Origin: Octopus sinensis
Taxonomy: Eukaryota
Length of the DNA: 64,000 nt
Assembly: GCF_006345805.1 (NCBI RefSeq)
Contig: NC_042997.1
Location: forward strand, 27,404,001 to 27,468,000
Reading direction: 5' to 3'
The translations under genes and the position numbers were made by a program. Below, one piece after another: positions 39,165 through 52,267 of this stretch (position 1 is the first letter of the stretch; the number at the start of each line of letters is the position of its first letter). Below the pieces are notes generated by a model. It did not search any database. It saw only the letters and a list, made by a program, of their open reading frames with translations, and had not been told where the DNA came from.

Positions 39165-41395
39165 GTAAGTAAACATATTTTAATGATATTATCTACAGTC
39201 TTTATTTATGTAGTTATGTTTTTAAGTAGCGTGGCTGAGTGTTTACAGCGTCGGGCCCAGAATCAAGAAGTTATGATTTCGATTCCCAGACCGGGCTCTG
39301 TGTTGTGTTCTTGACCAATACACTTTATTTCACATTGCTCCAGTTTCCTCAGATATAGATATGAGCTGCGACGCCACTGGCGCCAAGCTGTATCTGCCTT
39401 TGTCTTTCTCTTGGATGACATCGGAAGTTGGTATGCATGGGCGACTGCCTGTCTTCTATAAACAATCTTGCCTGGTCTCGTGCCATGGAGGGTAACTTTC
39501 TAGGTGCAATCCCATGGTCATTAATGACTGAAGGGTTTCTTTACACATTTCTATGCTTTTATCAATTGTGATATAGGCAAGATTCTCATAATGACACATT
39601 CTCCATTAAAATATTTGACAGAAATTTTACTCGGCAAATTCGAATTTACCGTAATTAAGGAGGTAGCAACAACGATCTTACTTCATACAATTTTTCTATC
39701 TTCCCAATGCTGTTAGACAAAGTGACGACGGTTAAATATAATTTTATTAAACATACCCGTATACCATTTATAATCCCTATACTTGACCGTTAGAGTTAAT
39801 AATCTTATACATTTACTGGCCTGTAAATTACTATTCGATGTTTACAAGGATTTTGTTATCAAAGAAATTTTGCTCGTTTTCAGAGTGATGAATTACTAAG
39901 AATTGCATTTAAGTAAAGACACTTGAACAAATCTTGTTATCAATTTATTTTATGTCGTGTTTTTTTTCCATTTTGTTATTATTTTTATACAAGAGAAAAC
40001 TAAGAGATTGGGTTTGAAACTTGATTTCCATTGATTGACCTACATACCCAACCACATTCAACTGTGTTGTACAAAGAAACATTCTTACATATGCATATGC
40101 ATACATTTAAATATATATATACACACACACACAAATGTAAATATATATGCATGTATGTACTCATACATAGATACACATACATAGAGCATTCATATTTATA
40201 TGTGCATGTAATATATATATATATATATATACGTATGTATCCGTGGTTGTTCTTGTGTTATACTGGGCTTTACGCACAGTGATATATACAAGAGAATGTA
40301 TAAATAATGGTTATACCGTATTTTTCTTTATTGAAGTAAATTTGACTTACAGATGTTTCCTGTAGTCATTATGGGTTCGTTACTGATTAGTTTACTTAAT
40401 CGGCCCATTGATCGGTTTATAATAATTAAATGACATGAAAAAAATTTTGGTGCTACTTTCGTCAGAGTAATTTCTGGTTAATGAACACTGGAAACTGATT
40501 TAAGTCAAATTTACTACAAGCAAGAAAGAAAAATGTGTAATGACCGTTATTTATACCGTGTCTCATTTTCTCTTTTTTTCTCTTTTACTTGTTTCAGTCA
40601 TTTGACTGCGGCCATGCTGGAGCACGACATTTAGTCGAGCAAATCGACCCCGGGACTTATTCTTTCTAAGCCCAGTACTTATTCTATCGGTCTCTTTTGC
40701 CGAACCGCTAAGTGACGGGGACGTAAACACACCAGCATCGGTTGTCAAGCAATGCCAGGGGAACAAACACAGACACACAAACATATATATATACATATAT
40801 ACGACAGGCTTCTTTCAGTTTCCGTCTACCAAATCCACTCACAAGGCTTTGGTTGGCCCGGGGCTATAGCAGAAGACACTTGCCCAAGATGCCACGCAGT
40901 GGGACTGAACCCGGAACCATGTGGTTGGTTAGCAAGCTACTTACCACACAGCCACTCCTGCGATATCTTTTTGTTCTTTTACTGATTTCAGTCATTTGAT
41001 AGCGGCTATGCTGGGGTACCACCTTAAAGGTGGTCAGACGGAGAAATCGACCCCAGGACTCTTATACTTTGTATATCTAGTACTTATTTACTTATGCTAC
41101 CGGTCTCTTTGGACGAATCGCTATGTTACAGGGACATAAACACACTAACATCAGTTGTCAAGTGATGGCGTTGGTATAAACACATGCACACCCGCAAATA
41201 CATACATACATATATAAAAATTTAAATATATGCGGCAGGCTTCTTCCAGTTTCCGTCTACCAAATCCACTCACAATGCTTTGGTCGGCACGAGGGTATAG
41301 TAGCAGACACTTGCCCAATGTGTCACACACAAGGACTGAAGCTGTAACTATGTGGTTGAGAAGAAAGGTTCTTTCCCCAAAGGGCATGTTAGCGC

Positions 41396-41462
<67 letters not shown>

Positions 41463-41485
41463 TAATAATAATAATAATAATAATG

Positions 41486-41546
<61 letters not shown>

Positions 41547-43541
41547 CAACAATAATAATAATAATATAAATATACGTATATATACATACATATATCTGCA
41601 TATCTACATATATGTATGTATATATACATGCATATATGGTTACAGGACATCAAAAAAAAAAAAACGCCGAACAGAATGAGAAACGAAAATAAAAACAAAA
41701 ACATAGAAACGAACTTTTTGGGGAACAAAAAAAAGTCGTGACAAACAACTACCTTGGACATGAAAAGCATTAAACTGGTATGCGTTTGAGATGTAATGAA
41801 GTGAATTTCGATGGTTGTGGATTGCCCTTACTCGATTGTATCGTCCGTTAAAATGGTTTTGTTGCTTTTTTAATTGTAATGGATGTACGATTGAATAGTT
41901 AATGCTCACGCTCATAATACATATATGTATATATATATGTATATATATTTGTATATATATGTATATATATATATTTACATATATACATACATATATATAT
42001 ATATTTTGGGCGAATGGTGTGGGTGAGAATGTGTGTGGTTCAAGTGAGGGTGGATGAGTGTATACTTTTATACGTGGGTGGGCGGGCGCGCATGTGTAGG
42101 TATGGACATGCGCGCTACGCGAATACTATGAATATTTTTACCCCCTTACTTTTACACATCCATACATATAGACAGAGTACATAGTCACAAAAACCTATAC
42201 ATACACACACAGAGACACAGACATGCACACACAAGGAGAATTTCGTCTTTTCTAAACCATGACCCTGAAGTGATTTTATATATACCGGAGCTGTGATTAT
42301 CTATATCAGAAAATATATATATATATATATAACTTGAAAATATGTGTTGGCCTTTTATGGTTTTTATAACTTTATGTTTTATGATATTATGTTATGTTAT
42401 ATTCAGAGTATTTGATGGAATATTGTAAAATAAATAGATTATTGGATTGTCAATAGTATATCTCTATATTTAATTTATCTTTATAATTCGATTATACCAA
42501 TATTTATATGGTATCCAATTGACTTACAAGTGAATTGTATGTTTAACACACACCTTTGAAGGATTTCTTCTCCTCGGTTTGTTACTACACACACACACAT
42601 ATATATATATAAATATAATTGTCAATTTTTCTCTGTCCATCTATCCGTTACCAAATTAGTACCCCAACTACCGAACCTATATTCACGAAACTTAGCATAT
42701 ATGTGTCACTAGCATCCAGTTTAATAATAGGCTATTCGGATTTCAGTATCAATCTATAATGTGCCCCCAGGGGCGTAGGGAGAATTATATGATAAAATGA
42801 AATGGTTGCAAAATTATTAGTCTGAAGTAGTAACAGAGAGGGGAAGAGTAAGTTGTATCAGTGAAAGCGAGAACAGCGGTGAAACGGGACGGTAGCAATA
42901 ATAAAACTACCATATACCTGAGTCCTTGCATACACACTTTCGTAAATGCATATATAGAAGACACACATACACACATATACAGAAAGTAGGTGTGAGGATT
43001 ACGCAGATTTAAGGAAGATGGGGTAGGTGAATTTCCTGCTGTCGATCACTCACTCACAGGCACAGACACAGACATACATACACACATATACATACATACA
43101 CACGCATAAATACATACATACATACATACACGCACACACAAATATATATACATATGTCTAACATGCAACATTTTATAATGGTGTGTATTAGAAATTATGT
43201 ACGTATATTTATGTGTATGTAAGTATGTATGTATGTAGTATGTATGTATGTATGTATGTATGTATGTATGTATGTATGTATGTATGTATGTATGTATCCT
43301 GTCTGCAGCGTATTATTTTTGTAGGTGTAGGAGTGGCTGTGTGGTAAGTAGCTTGCTTACGAACCACGTGGTCCCGGGTTCAGTCCCACTGCATGGCATC
43401 TTGAGCAAGTGTCTTCTACTAAAGCCTCGGGCCGACCAAAGCCTTGTGAGTGGATTTGGTAGATGGAAACTGAAAGAAGCCTGTCGTATATATGTATATA
43501 TATATATATTATATATATATTTATATATATATATATATATT

Positions 43542-43631
<90 letters not shown>

Positions 43632-43632
43632 T

Positions 43633-43686
<54 letters not shown>

Positions 43687-43920
43687 ATCTTTGTGTGTCT
43701 ATGTTTGTCCCCCCAGCATCGCTTGACAACTGTTGCTGGTGTGGTTACGTCCCCGTAATTTAGCGGTTCGGTAAAAAAGACTTATAGAATAAGTACTAGG
43801 CTTACAAAGAACAAGTACTGGAGTCGATTTGCTCGAATAAAGGCGCTGCTCCAGCATGGCCGCAGTCAAATGCCTGAAACAAGTAAAAGAGTAAAAAGAG
43901 TAAAGAATATGTATGTATGT

Positions 43921-44124
43921 TCAGTTTCCTTTTTAGTTCCGCTCCCATTCCTATCTCCAATCCTACTTCCGTATGTAAACGCAGGTAATCATGGGATGGT
44001 GGCAACAATAAAACTGTTATATACCTACGTCAGTATGTATACGCAGGTAATCACAATTACCTGCGTGTACATGCTGACGTAGGATTGGGGATAGGAATGG
44101 GAGCAGAACTAAAGCGGAAACTGA
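43921..44124. repeat. Fold-back element with two alternative left arms sharing one right arm
   Basis: 44024-44051 and 44056-44083 form a ~28-bp hairpin with a 4-nt loop. 43921-43989 also pairs with 44056-44124. Confidence 0.8.
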
Positions 44125-44407
44125 GCAGAGAACGGGAAAAAACATGAACAGTGTAATGGGAAAGGCCACTGAAAATAAACCCTGCCTGCTTTTCCGGGTA
44201 TTAGCAGGTAATTCAACTTTATATATATATATATATAATATATATATATATACATACATATATATCTATAAATATATATGTATATATATATATATATGTG
44301 TATATATATATGTATATATATATATATATGTATATATGTATATATATATGTATATATATGTTATATATATATACATATATATCTATAAATATATATGTAT
44401 ATATATA

Positions 44408-44440
<33 letters not shown>

Positions 44441-45107
44441 ATATATGTATATATATGTATATATATATATATACACATATATATATACATATATATATGT
44501 ATATACATATATATATATATATATTTTGGGCGAATGGTGTGGGTGAGAATGTGCGTGGTTCAAGTGAGGGTGGATGAGTGTATACTTTTATACGTGGGTG
44601 GGCGGGCGCGCATGTGTAGGTATGGACATGTGCGCTACGCGAATACTATGAATATTTTTACCCCCTTACTTTTACACATCCATACATACAGACAGAGTAC
44701 ATAGTCACAAAAACCTATACATACACACACAGAGACACAGACATGCTCACACAAGGAGACAGATACACACATATGCAAACAAACACGCACACATAAAAAC
44801 ACACAAACACATGAATATACAGAACTCATATATACATATGCACACACACACACACATACATACATGCATACACACACTTACATGAATGCATACATATATG
44901 CATACAGACATACATACATATATGCATACATGTGTATGCGCACACACGCTGACTTGCTACCATGCGCACAAAATGAACTCTGCTTGTATACACACACTTA
45001 CATGAATGCACACATACACTTGTATACACACACTTACATGAATGTATACATATATTCGGTCTGTGTAATCCACTCACAAGCCTTTGGTCGTTGGTACGTA
45101 ATTTTTT

Positions 45108-46372
45108 GCAGGTCGTCCCATAAGTTCTGTCCGAATTTTGAATAAAGAAAACAAGTGATCAAATGTTATATTTAATTGAAATTTAATCATCAATGTACTT
45201 TCCCTGGTTGTCTATGATTTCATTCCATCTATTTACAAGCTTTTTAATCCCATCAATATAATACTCCTTTGGTTTCAAAGCGAACAACTCTGAAATGTCA
45301 GTTTCGACCTCCTCCTGGCTTGCGAAAGTTATGTCCCCCAAATGATACTGTAAACTACGAAACAAATGGTAGTCTGAAGGAGCAAGGTCGGGAGAATATG
45401 GTGGATGAAGAATTTTTCCCAACCTTCTGTGATGTGATCTTTACAGTGTAGGGTTGCGCAATGTCCTGATGAAACATCACTCCTTTTCTATTCACTAAAG
45501 CGGGTCACTTTTTCTTTAAAGCTTGGTTCAAACGTTCTAATTGCTGACAGTAGACTTGGGCATTGATTGTTGCATTAGGTGGTAACAATCCACAGTGAAT
45601 TACTCCTTTGCACAACCACTAAATAGAGAAACGAGCGTTTTTCTCATGAAGTTCCCTTCTCGGTTGTGGTTGAGCTTTTTCCCTTTTACGAAGTTACTGT
45701 TTACGACGTTTAACATTTCGATAGAAGATCCATTTTTCGTCACAAGTCTATCCAAAAAGGGTGAATTGAGTTCGCGAGAATGGAGAGAATAGCAGCTGCC
45801 AACTCAGGAAGTGCGGTTGCTTTTGGACAATTCATGAGGCATCCATTTTACAAGTTTAGAAACCTTTCCATGTTGTTGAAGATGACGATGAACAGTTGTA
45901 TGGTTTGAACTAAGCTTTATTGCCAATTCATCAACTGATAATGCAGGATCTACTTCAAGTAATGCCTCAAGGAGCTTATCATCAAATTCAACTGGACGTC
46001 CTGTTCGAGCTTCATCCTCAAGGCTGAACTCTCCACTTCTGAATTTTGCAAACCATCTTCTCAGGTTCTTTCATTCAATCATTCTTTCCCATAAACTCAG
46101 TGTATGTTTCGAGTCGCTTCGGCTGCAGAGCTTCCTTTTTTATACTCATAAAGCAATATGTGCCTCAAATGCTCTGTGGATACTTCTATGTTAGAAAGGG
46201 TTTTAATGAAAGAAATTTTAATTCTCTTATTCAGTAAAATAATATGTAATAGCTTTAAATGTACACAAATGCATAAAAATAAGTTTTAATTCCATTCGAA
46301 ATTATAAAATACGATTAAATTTCATTCAATTTAGAAAAAAGAAAAATCGGACAGAAATTAGGGATGACCTGA
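45108..46372 (-). mobile_element. Full-length mariner transposon, defective (copy 2, in gene C intron)
   Basis: Same family in opposite orientation. TIRs at both ends; YSPDLAPSDYHLF present; start ATG>ATA at 46189; frameshifts. Confidence 0.95.
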
Positions 46373-47498
46373 TATTTGCTGCTGATTACAGCTGCGATTG
46401 CGCGGTGGATTTGAAAAATTATAATGTATATAGATGGAATATGTGTGCCTTCAGTGTTCCACAAATATACATTAATTATAGCGCCCTTGCTGGTGAGACA
46501 CGGATGGCAAATTTTTTATTTGTACGTTAATGTCGAAACTCGAGTATAAGTGGTAACTTTTTAAATGTTTTTTTTCATACCTTTTGAAATTGCCCTTATC
46601 CGTGGTTTGGGTTTTAACTACCCTTATCAGCATGTAAGGTGTCCTGTTAGAGGTCACCTCTTTTGTGTATAGAAATGTACACTAATTTATATGAAAAATA
46701 TTTTGTCTATTAACTCTATTACACATGCTGGCCACTGGCAAATCATTTCTCTGAATTTTCTACCCTAAATATTTTCATAGTATCTCTCGATACATATACA
46801 TCTATATATATCTATAATAATAAATGCCACTTTGACTTCCTCTCTCAATATTCACTGAAACTTCCACTATTCCCCGTGATGGGAAAAGAGTAATATTAGG
46901 CATAGAGAGGGTAGCAGATTGACGGTTGTGATGGTAATGGGGTGATACTAATAGTATGAGGTATGATAGTTGTCATTACAAGCAGAAGCGACGGCGATGA
47001 TTTTGGTCAGTAAGCAATGTGAAAGACAGTGGTGATGGTGGTGGAGGGGAAGACGGCGGAGTCAAAGGTATTTATACAGGTGGCATCGGAGGTCTGAATG
47101 GTATGTGTATGTCAGTTTTGGTGGCGGTGTTGGTGGTACTGGTGACGATAATAGTTGAAAATAATCAACAAAAAAAGAGAGAGAGAGAGAGAGAGAGAGG
47201 GACAGAAAGAGGTTAGACAGATAAAAATGGTACTGACACCTAGATAAGAAGACAAAAAATGTTGTTTATCATATGCAGCTTTGCAATAAATTCCAAGTCG
47301 ACAAATTATATCATTGTTTTAATGAAAATTATTCATTGCTTGGAAAATATAGGTCAAGTTTAATAAACTATCATAAATACTCAATGTATGAATTATCATT
47401 AATGGGTCAAAACTCAATGAAGTGCCCTCCACAGGAACTAGCTTAAAAGCGGCTCGATAAGGCGGCTATTGAGCTAGTACACATGTAAATATACATCC

Positions 47499-47533
<35 letters not shown>

Positions 47534-47789
47534 AATACGTATACGCACACATATACATACGCATATATACACGCATACATATCGATCTATACATATACAT
47601 CTCTCTATATATATATGCATACATACACACAGAGAAACACACACACATACATACATACATGCATACATACATACATACATACATGCATACATACATACAT
47701 ACATACATACATACAAACATACATGCATGCGTACATACGTACATACATATATATATATACACACACACACATATATATATATACATTCA

Positions 47790-47823
<34 letters not shown>

Positions 47824-48900
47824 CATACACATGTGTAGTGTTAGTGTTTCACTTTTGATACGTAATACTGAAATAGTGTAAAACATAAGAGATTGATCCG
47901 GGCTCGCATTAATCAAGGAGTTGAAAATGTCTTGGCCCATGACACTAAGTAAGGCATGTGTAAATTTTGTATAAAATCGGTTGGGTAGTTCTCGAGTTTT
48001 AGTAATGCACACACAGAAACACAGACAGTCAACATAATTCTCAGTTTTACATATATAGATTATTATATTTATACGTATGTATGTATGTATGTATGTGTAT
48101 ATATGTATGTTTACATATGCAAATATTTATTTCTTGGTTTGATTCAAATAATCCTTTTTTTTATACTTAAATGTAAATTTTTAGGACATTTTCATTGATT
48201 TAAGTTTATCTGATATTTAGAGATTGAAGGAATTTTACATGCAATTACTTTTCAATCATCTTGATTAATTAATTCATTTATTCATATTGAAGAGATACTA
48301 CTCTGTTTTACTTGAAGGTAGCCATTTGTAAATAAATGAATTTCTTTTTACTTTCGTTTTAAATCATTATGTTATTAACTTTGAATTATGGTAATTCATT
48401 ATGTTTTAGTCGATAATATATTGCTTTTTAATTTTTTAATCTTTAGCTAAGTCTATTATTCTTAGTAATTAATAATTTTTTTTTCACTAAGTTTTTGTGT
48501 ATTTTAGACGGTAATGCAATTGTCGTTATCAAATATTTATATATTGTGAATTGTTATTATATATATATATATCTTTTGTCTCCATTCAGCAGAAGATACC
48601 TACCCACTTTCTAGCAGTTCAAACTAACTTAAAGAATATTCTTCAGTCAGAAGATAAATTCTAATACCATAATGTTCTTAACATTCAAATCAACATCACT
48701 GTCTATATATCTACCCTCTTTATAATGCTATCATTTAACATGAAAATAAGTATATGTATTGATGGAAAACCTCTATTAATGGCTGTTGATTGCTCAACAT
48801 TTTAAAATTGTTGTAATACTTACAATATTAAATAAAATGATGTAGCGTGAAACGATCGTACCAAATTACAGAAGATATTATTCTTGTTGCTTATTTTGAT

Positions 48901-48933
<33 letters not shown>

Positions 48934-49009
48934 TTTCTTGTTTTGAGTGGTCTAGCGTTCAGGTAATTCCTTCTATCAGACTTTAACTGTTTGTTCCTCT
49001 TTGGGCTGT

Positions 49010-49068
<59 letters not shown>

Positions 49069-49370
49069 TTGTTTTGAGTGGTCTAGCGTTCAGGTAATTT
49101 CCTTCTATCAAATTTTAATTGTTTGTTCCTGTTTGGGCTGTTAAATATATGTATATATATATATAGGTTTTGAACCTATTTTCTCCAATAATGATTTCCT
49201 GAAGAAAAACCTAAATTTGACTTCGAAACGATTATGTTTTTCGTTTTGCCTTTGGAATTAAGCTTGGAAACAATTTGTAGAATCTTTATTGGATTTGTAC
49301 GAACTTTGGATTAAAGATGGTCTACACAAATATATTTTTTCCTTTCCTTACATATATATATATATATCCT

Positions 49371-49635
49371 CATCATCATCGTTTAACGTCCGCTTTCCAT
49401 GCTAGCATAGGTTGGGTGATTTTGACTGAGGGCTGCGCGACCAGATGGCTGCACCAGGCTCCAATCTTGATTTGGCAGAGTTTCTACAGCTGGATGCCCT
49501 TCCTAACGCCAACAACTCCGAGAGTGTACTGGGTGCTTTTGACGTGCCACTGGCACGGAAGCCAGTTGGCTGCTCTGGCAACGATCACGCTCGGATGGTG
49601 CTCTTGGCACCCTACTAGCACGGGCACAAGTGCCA
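49371..49635 (-). repeat. Interspersed SINE/LINE-like repeat ending in a (GAT)n tail
   Basis: Minus strand ggcgttaggaagggcatccagctgtagaaac...ggacgttaaacgatgatgatg. Confidence 0.55.
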
Positions 49636-50083
49636 AGATATATATATATATATTTCTTCTACTACATAGTTTAACTTTCTAGTTTGTAGTTAGTTGCCTT
49701 CCTAAAAATGAACTAGCTGGATTTTTTTATCTATCACGTTAATGTTACTTTATCAACGTAATGAAATGCGAAAATTTCAGGAACAACAGAGAAGCTAAGA
49801 TCTTAAGTATAGCTATGAAGCTGCACAAGCGTAACCAAAATATCATTAGCATTGTTCCAATAATTTCAAACGTGGTGAATAGCATTTCACATCGTCATTA
49901 AAACATCACAAATGCGTCGATTCGGATAATGTATCGTTCAAGTTATTGCTATCTCACTTCCTCACCGTCAACGATAATTCAAGAGGTAACTAAACTAAAA
50001 CTTCTTTATATCGGGAAACAATTTTTGACAGACTACAATTGTTTATTTAGAAACTCACATCCATTTGTCTATTCTCTCTGCAC

Positions 50084-50124
<41 letters not shown>

Positions 50125-50784
50125 CCTCTCACTCACACACATGCACACATGCTCTCTCTCTCTCTCTCATTTTCTAAATATGTATGTTTATTTCCCTTTC
50201 GTTTCTCTCTCTTTCTCTCGATTGAAACAAATATGGCAGCTGTTGAAAAATATAACAGTTGAGATAAGCTGTAAAGCAATGATTTTATTTTGTTGGTGGT
50301 TTCTTTATATTTTGGGCAAGAGTCTTCTACTATAGCCTTGGGCCGACCAAAGCCTTGTGAGTGGATTTGGTAGACGGAAACTGAAAAGAAGCCCGTGATA
50401 TATATGTATATATATATGTGTGTGTATGTGTGTTTGTGTATCTGTGCTGGTTTGTTTATGTCCTTGTAATTCAGCGGTTCGGCAAAAGAGACCGATAGAA
50501 TAAGTACTGGGCTTACAAAGAATACGCTCCGGGCTCGATTTGCTCGACTAAAGGCGGTGCTCCAGTATGGCCGCAATCAAATGACTGAAGCAAGTAAAAG
50601 AGTATTTGTGTTTTCACATATCACTCTGTTATTTGTCACTCATCAACTTTCTGTTTTAGGATTTCATAAATTTGGTCATCATAAATTGATATATGTGCCT
50701 AAAGTAAATTAATTTTTTGAATATGCCAACAACTGTGCCTCCATATTTAATGTAACATTGACAAAGATATTTTTTCTCTGGCAG

Positions 50785-51315
50785 GTTTTCTCCCACATTG
50801 TAATATTTCTCTCCAGCGTCACCTCGTTTGTATCATCGGCGTCAATTCCAACCAAATGTAAAATACCAACCAATCTGAAATTCCGATACAAGAGGCTGTC
50901 CCGTGCAGCCGTTGGCAACAAGTTTTTCCTTCCGGCTAGAGTTACTCCAGTCGGAAGTAACCAGAAACCACTGATCGTCGGGGATACAACCTGCCCAACA
51001 TCTTCTGCATCTATTGATATCATCCGCGAACGTTCAACCTGCCCATGGTACGTGAATATTACCCATGATTCAACAGTTTTCCCTTCATCCCGTACCGAAG
51101 TTGTGTGTCGCTGCAGAGGCTGTCGAGATTTTAGCAGCAGCAAATACCAATGTGTGACGGTATATACTAAAATGACTGTCCTCAAACGTACAAATAAATG
51201 CGTTGCTAGACTGTACGTGTATAAGCCAATTGTGATTAATGTAGGTACAGCTTGTGTGTGTGCAAGAAAAATTGATGGATATAAAAACGACAAATATGCG
51301 TCTTACGAAACATAG
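50785..51315 (+). CDS. IL17: IL-17-like cytokine gene C, exon 2 (spliced protein 181 aa)
   Basis: tttttctctggcag|GTT acceptor. Motifs RSTCPWYVN, VVCRCRGC, YQCVTVY, GTACVC. The ORF-track start at 50758 lies in the intron. Confidence 0.93.
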   Translation, partial: VFSHIVIFLSSVTSFVSSASIPTKCKIPTNLKFRYKRLSRAAVGNKFFLPARVTPVGSNQKPLIVGDTTCPTSSASIDIIRERSTCPWYVNITHDSTVFPSSRTEVVCRCRGCRDFSSSKYQCVTVYTKMTVLKRTNKCVARLYVYKPIVINVGTACVCARKIDGYKNDKYASYET

Positions 51316-51648
51316 AGGTTATTCACAATATTATGAAAGATTAACTTGACCACTAAGAGGGCATTATAATTTGCACACAACTGTACATAAAATTCGCACA
51401 CATACATATATACTTTGTAAATATGTTTATATTTTATTTAATTCCATATATCATAAAACATTTCATAATCTCTGTGTCCACATATTTATATGTTATCTTT
51501 AACATATTTTATTGTATTGTTTATTTGAAATGAACAATATATTATTTGACTCATGTCTGACATATACAACATATTTAAGTCTTCGACCATTTTGAGTTTT
51601 ATCATGATTGTACATATCCAACGACACACACACACATACACAACCCTA

Positions 51649-51872
51649 TACAAGGCGTGGGGTTGAGAAGTTCTTGGTTTGGGTTAAAAGAAAATACAGG
51701 AGTATCAGTTAATTATAATTTTATTGAAAATAATCTCAGATTCACACACTAACTGTGGCGGTCCCGCAGGTTACAAAGCCTTGTGTAAGAATTCGGAAGG
51801 TAGGGGGCACCACTAGGCGTTTCGCGACACCCTTAAAGTCAGGAACTTCTCGCCATCCCTTTGTGTGCTCGT
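51649..51872. mobile_element. Short non-autonomous mariner-type element (MITE-like)
   Basis: Imperfect terminal inverted repeats (gagaagttcttggttt / aaagtcaggaacttctc); no coding capacity. Confidence 0.45.
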
Positions 51873-52067
51873 GTATATATATATATATATATACCGGAGT
51901 AAACACATAAATGTGAAACAAGGTGGAAAAAAGAGTACTCAAATACCAGTGGTAGAGTAATATGGTTTATTTAAAGCAGCAGAAAATTCAGCAAAAACTG
52001 TCCGACGAACGGCAACGGGAAACTCAGAGTAACAGGTTTTGTTGAATTTTCTGCTGCTTTAAATAAA

Positions 52068-52119
<52 letters not shown>

Positions 52120-52230
52120 GTGTAGTCTGTGTCGGTGTTTGTCCGCACCACTGCTTGACCGCTGATGGTGGTGTTTAAGTCCCCGTAACTTAGTGGTCCC
52201 GTAAAAGAGACCCATAGGAGGAGTACAAGC

Positions 52231-52267
<37 letters not shown>

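Noticed and set aside
50709-51293. 194-aa antisense ORF over gene C, with counterparts at 9341-9607 and 60409-60801
   Set aside because: Shadow frames of the IL-17 exons. Start and stop positions are not conserved among paralogues, and similarity is fully explained by the sense strand.
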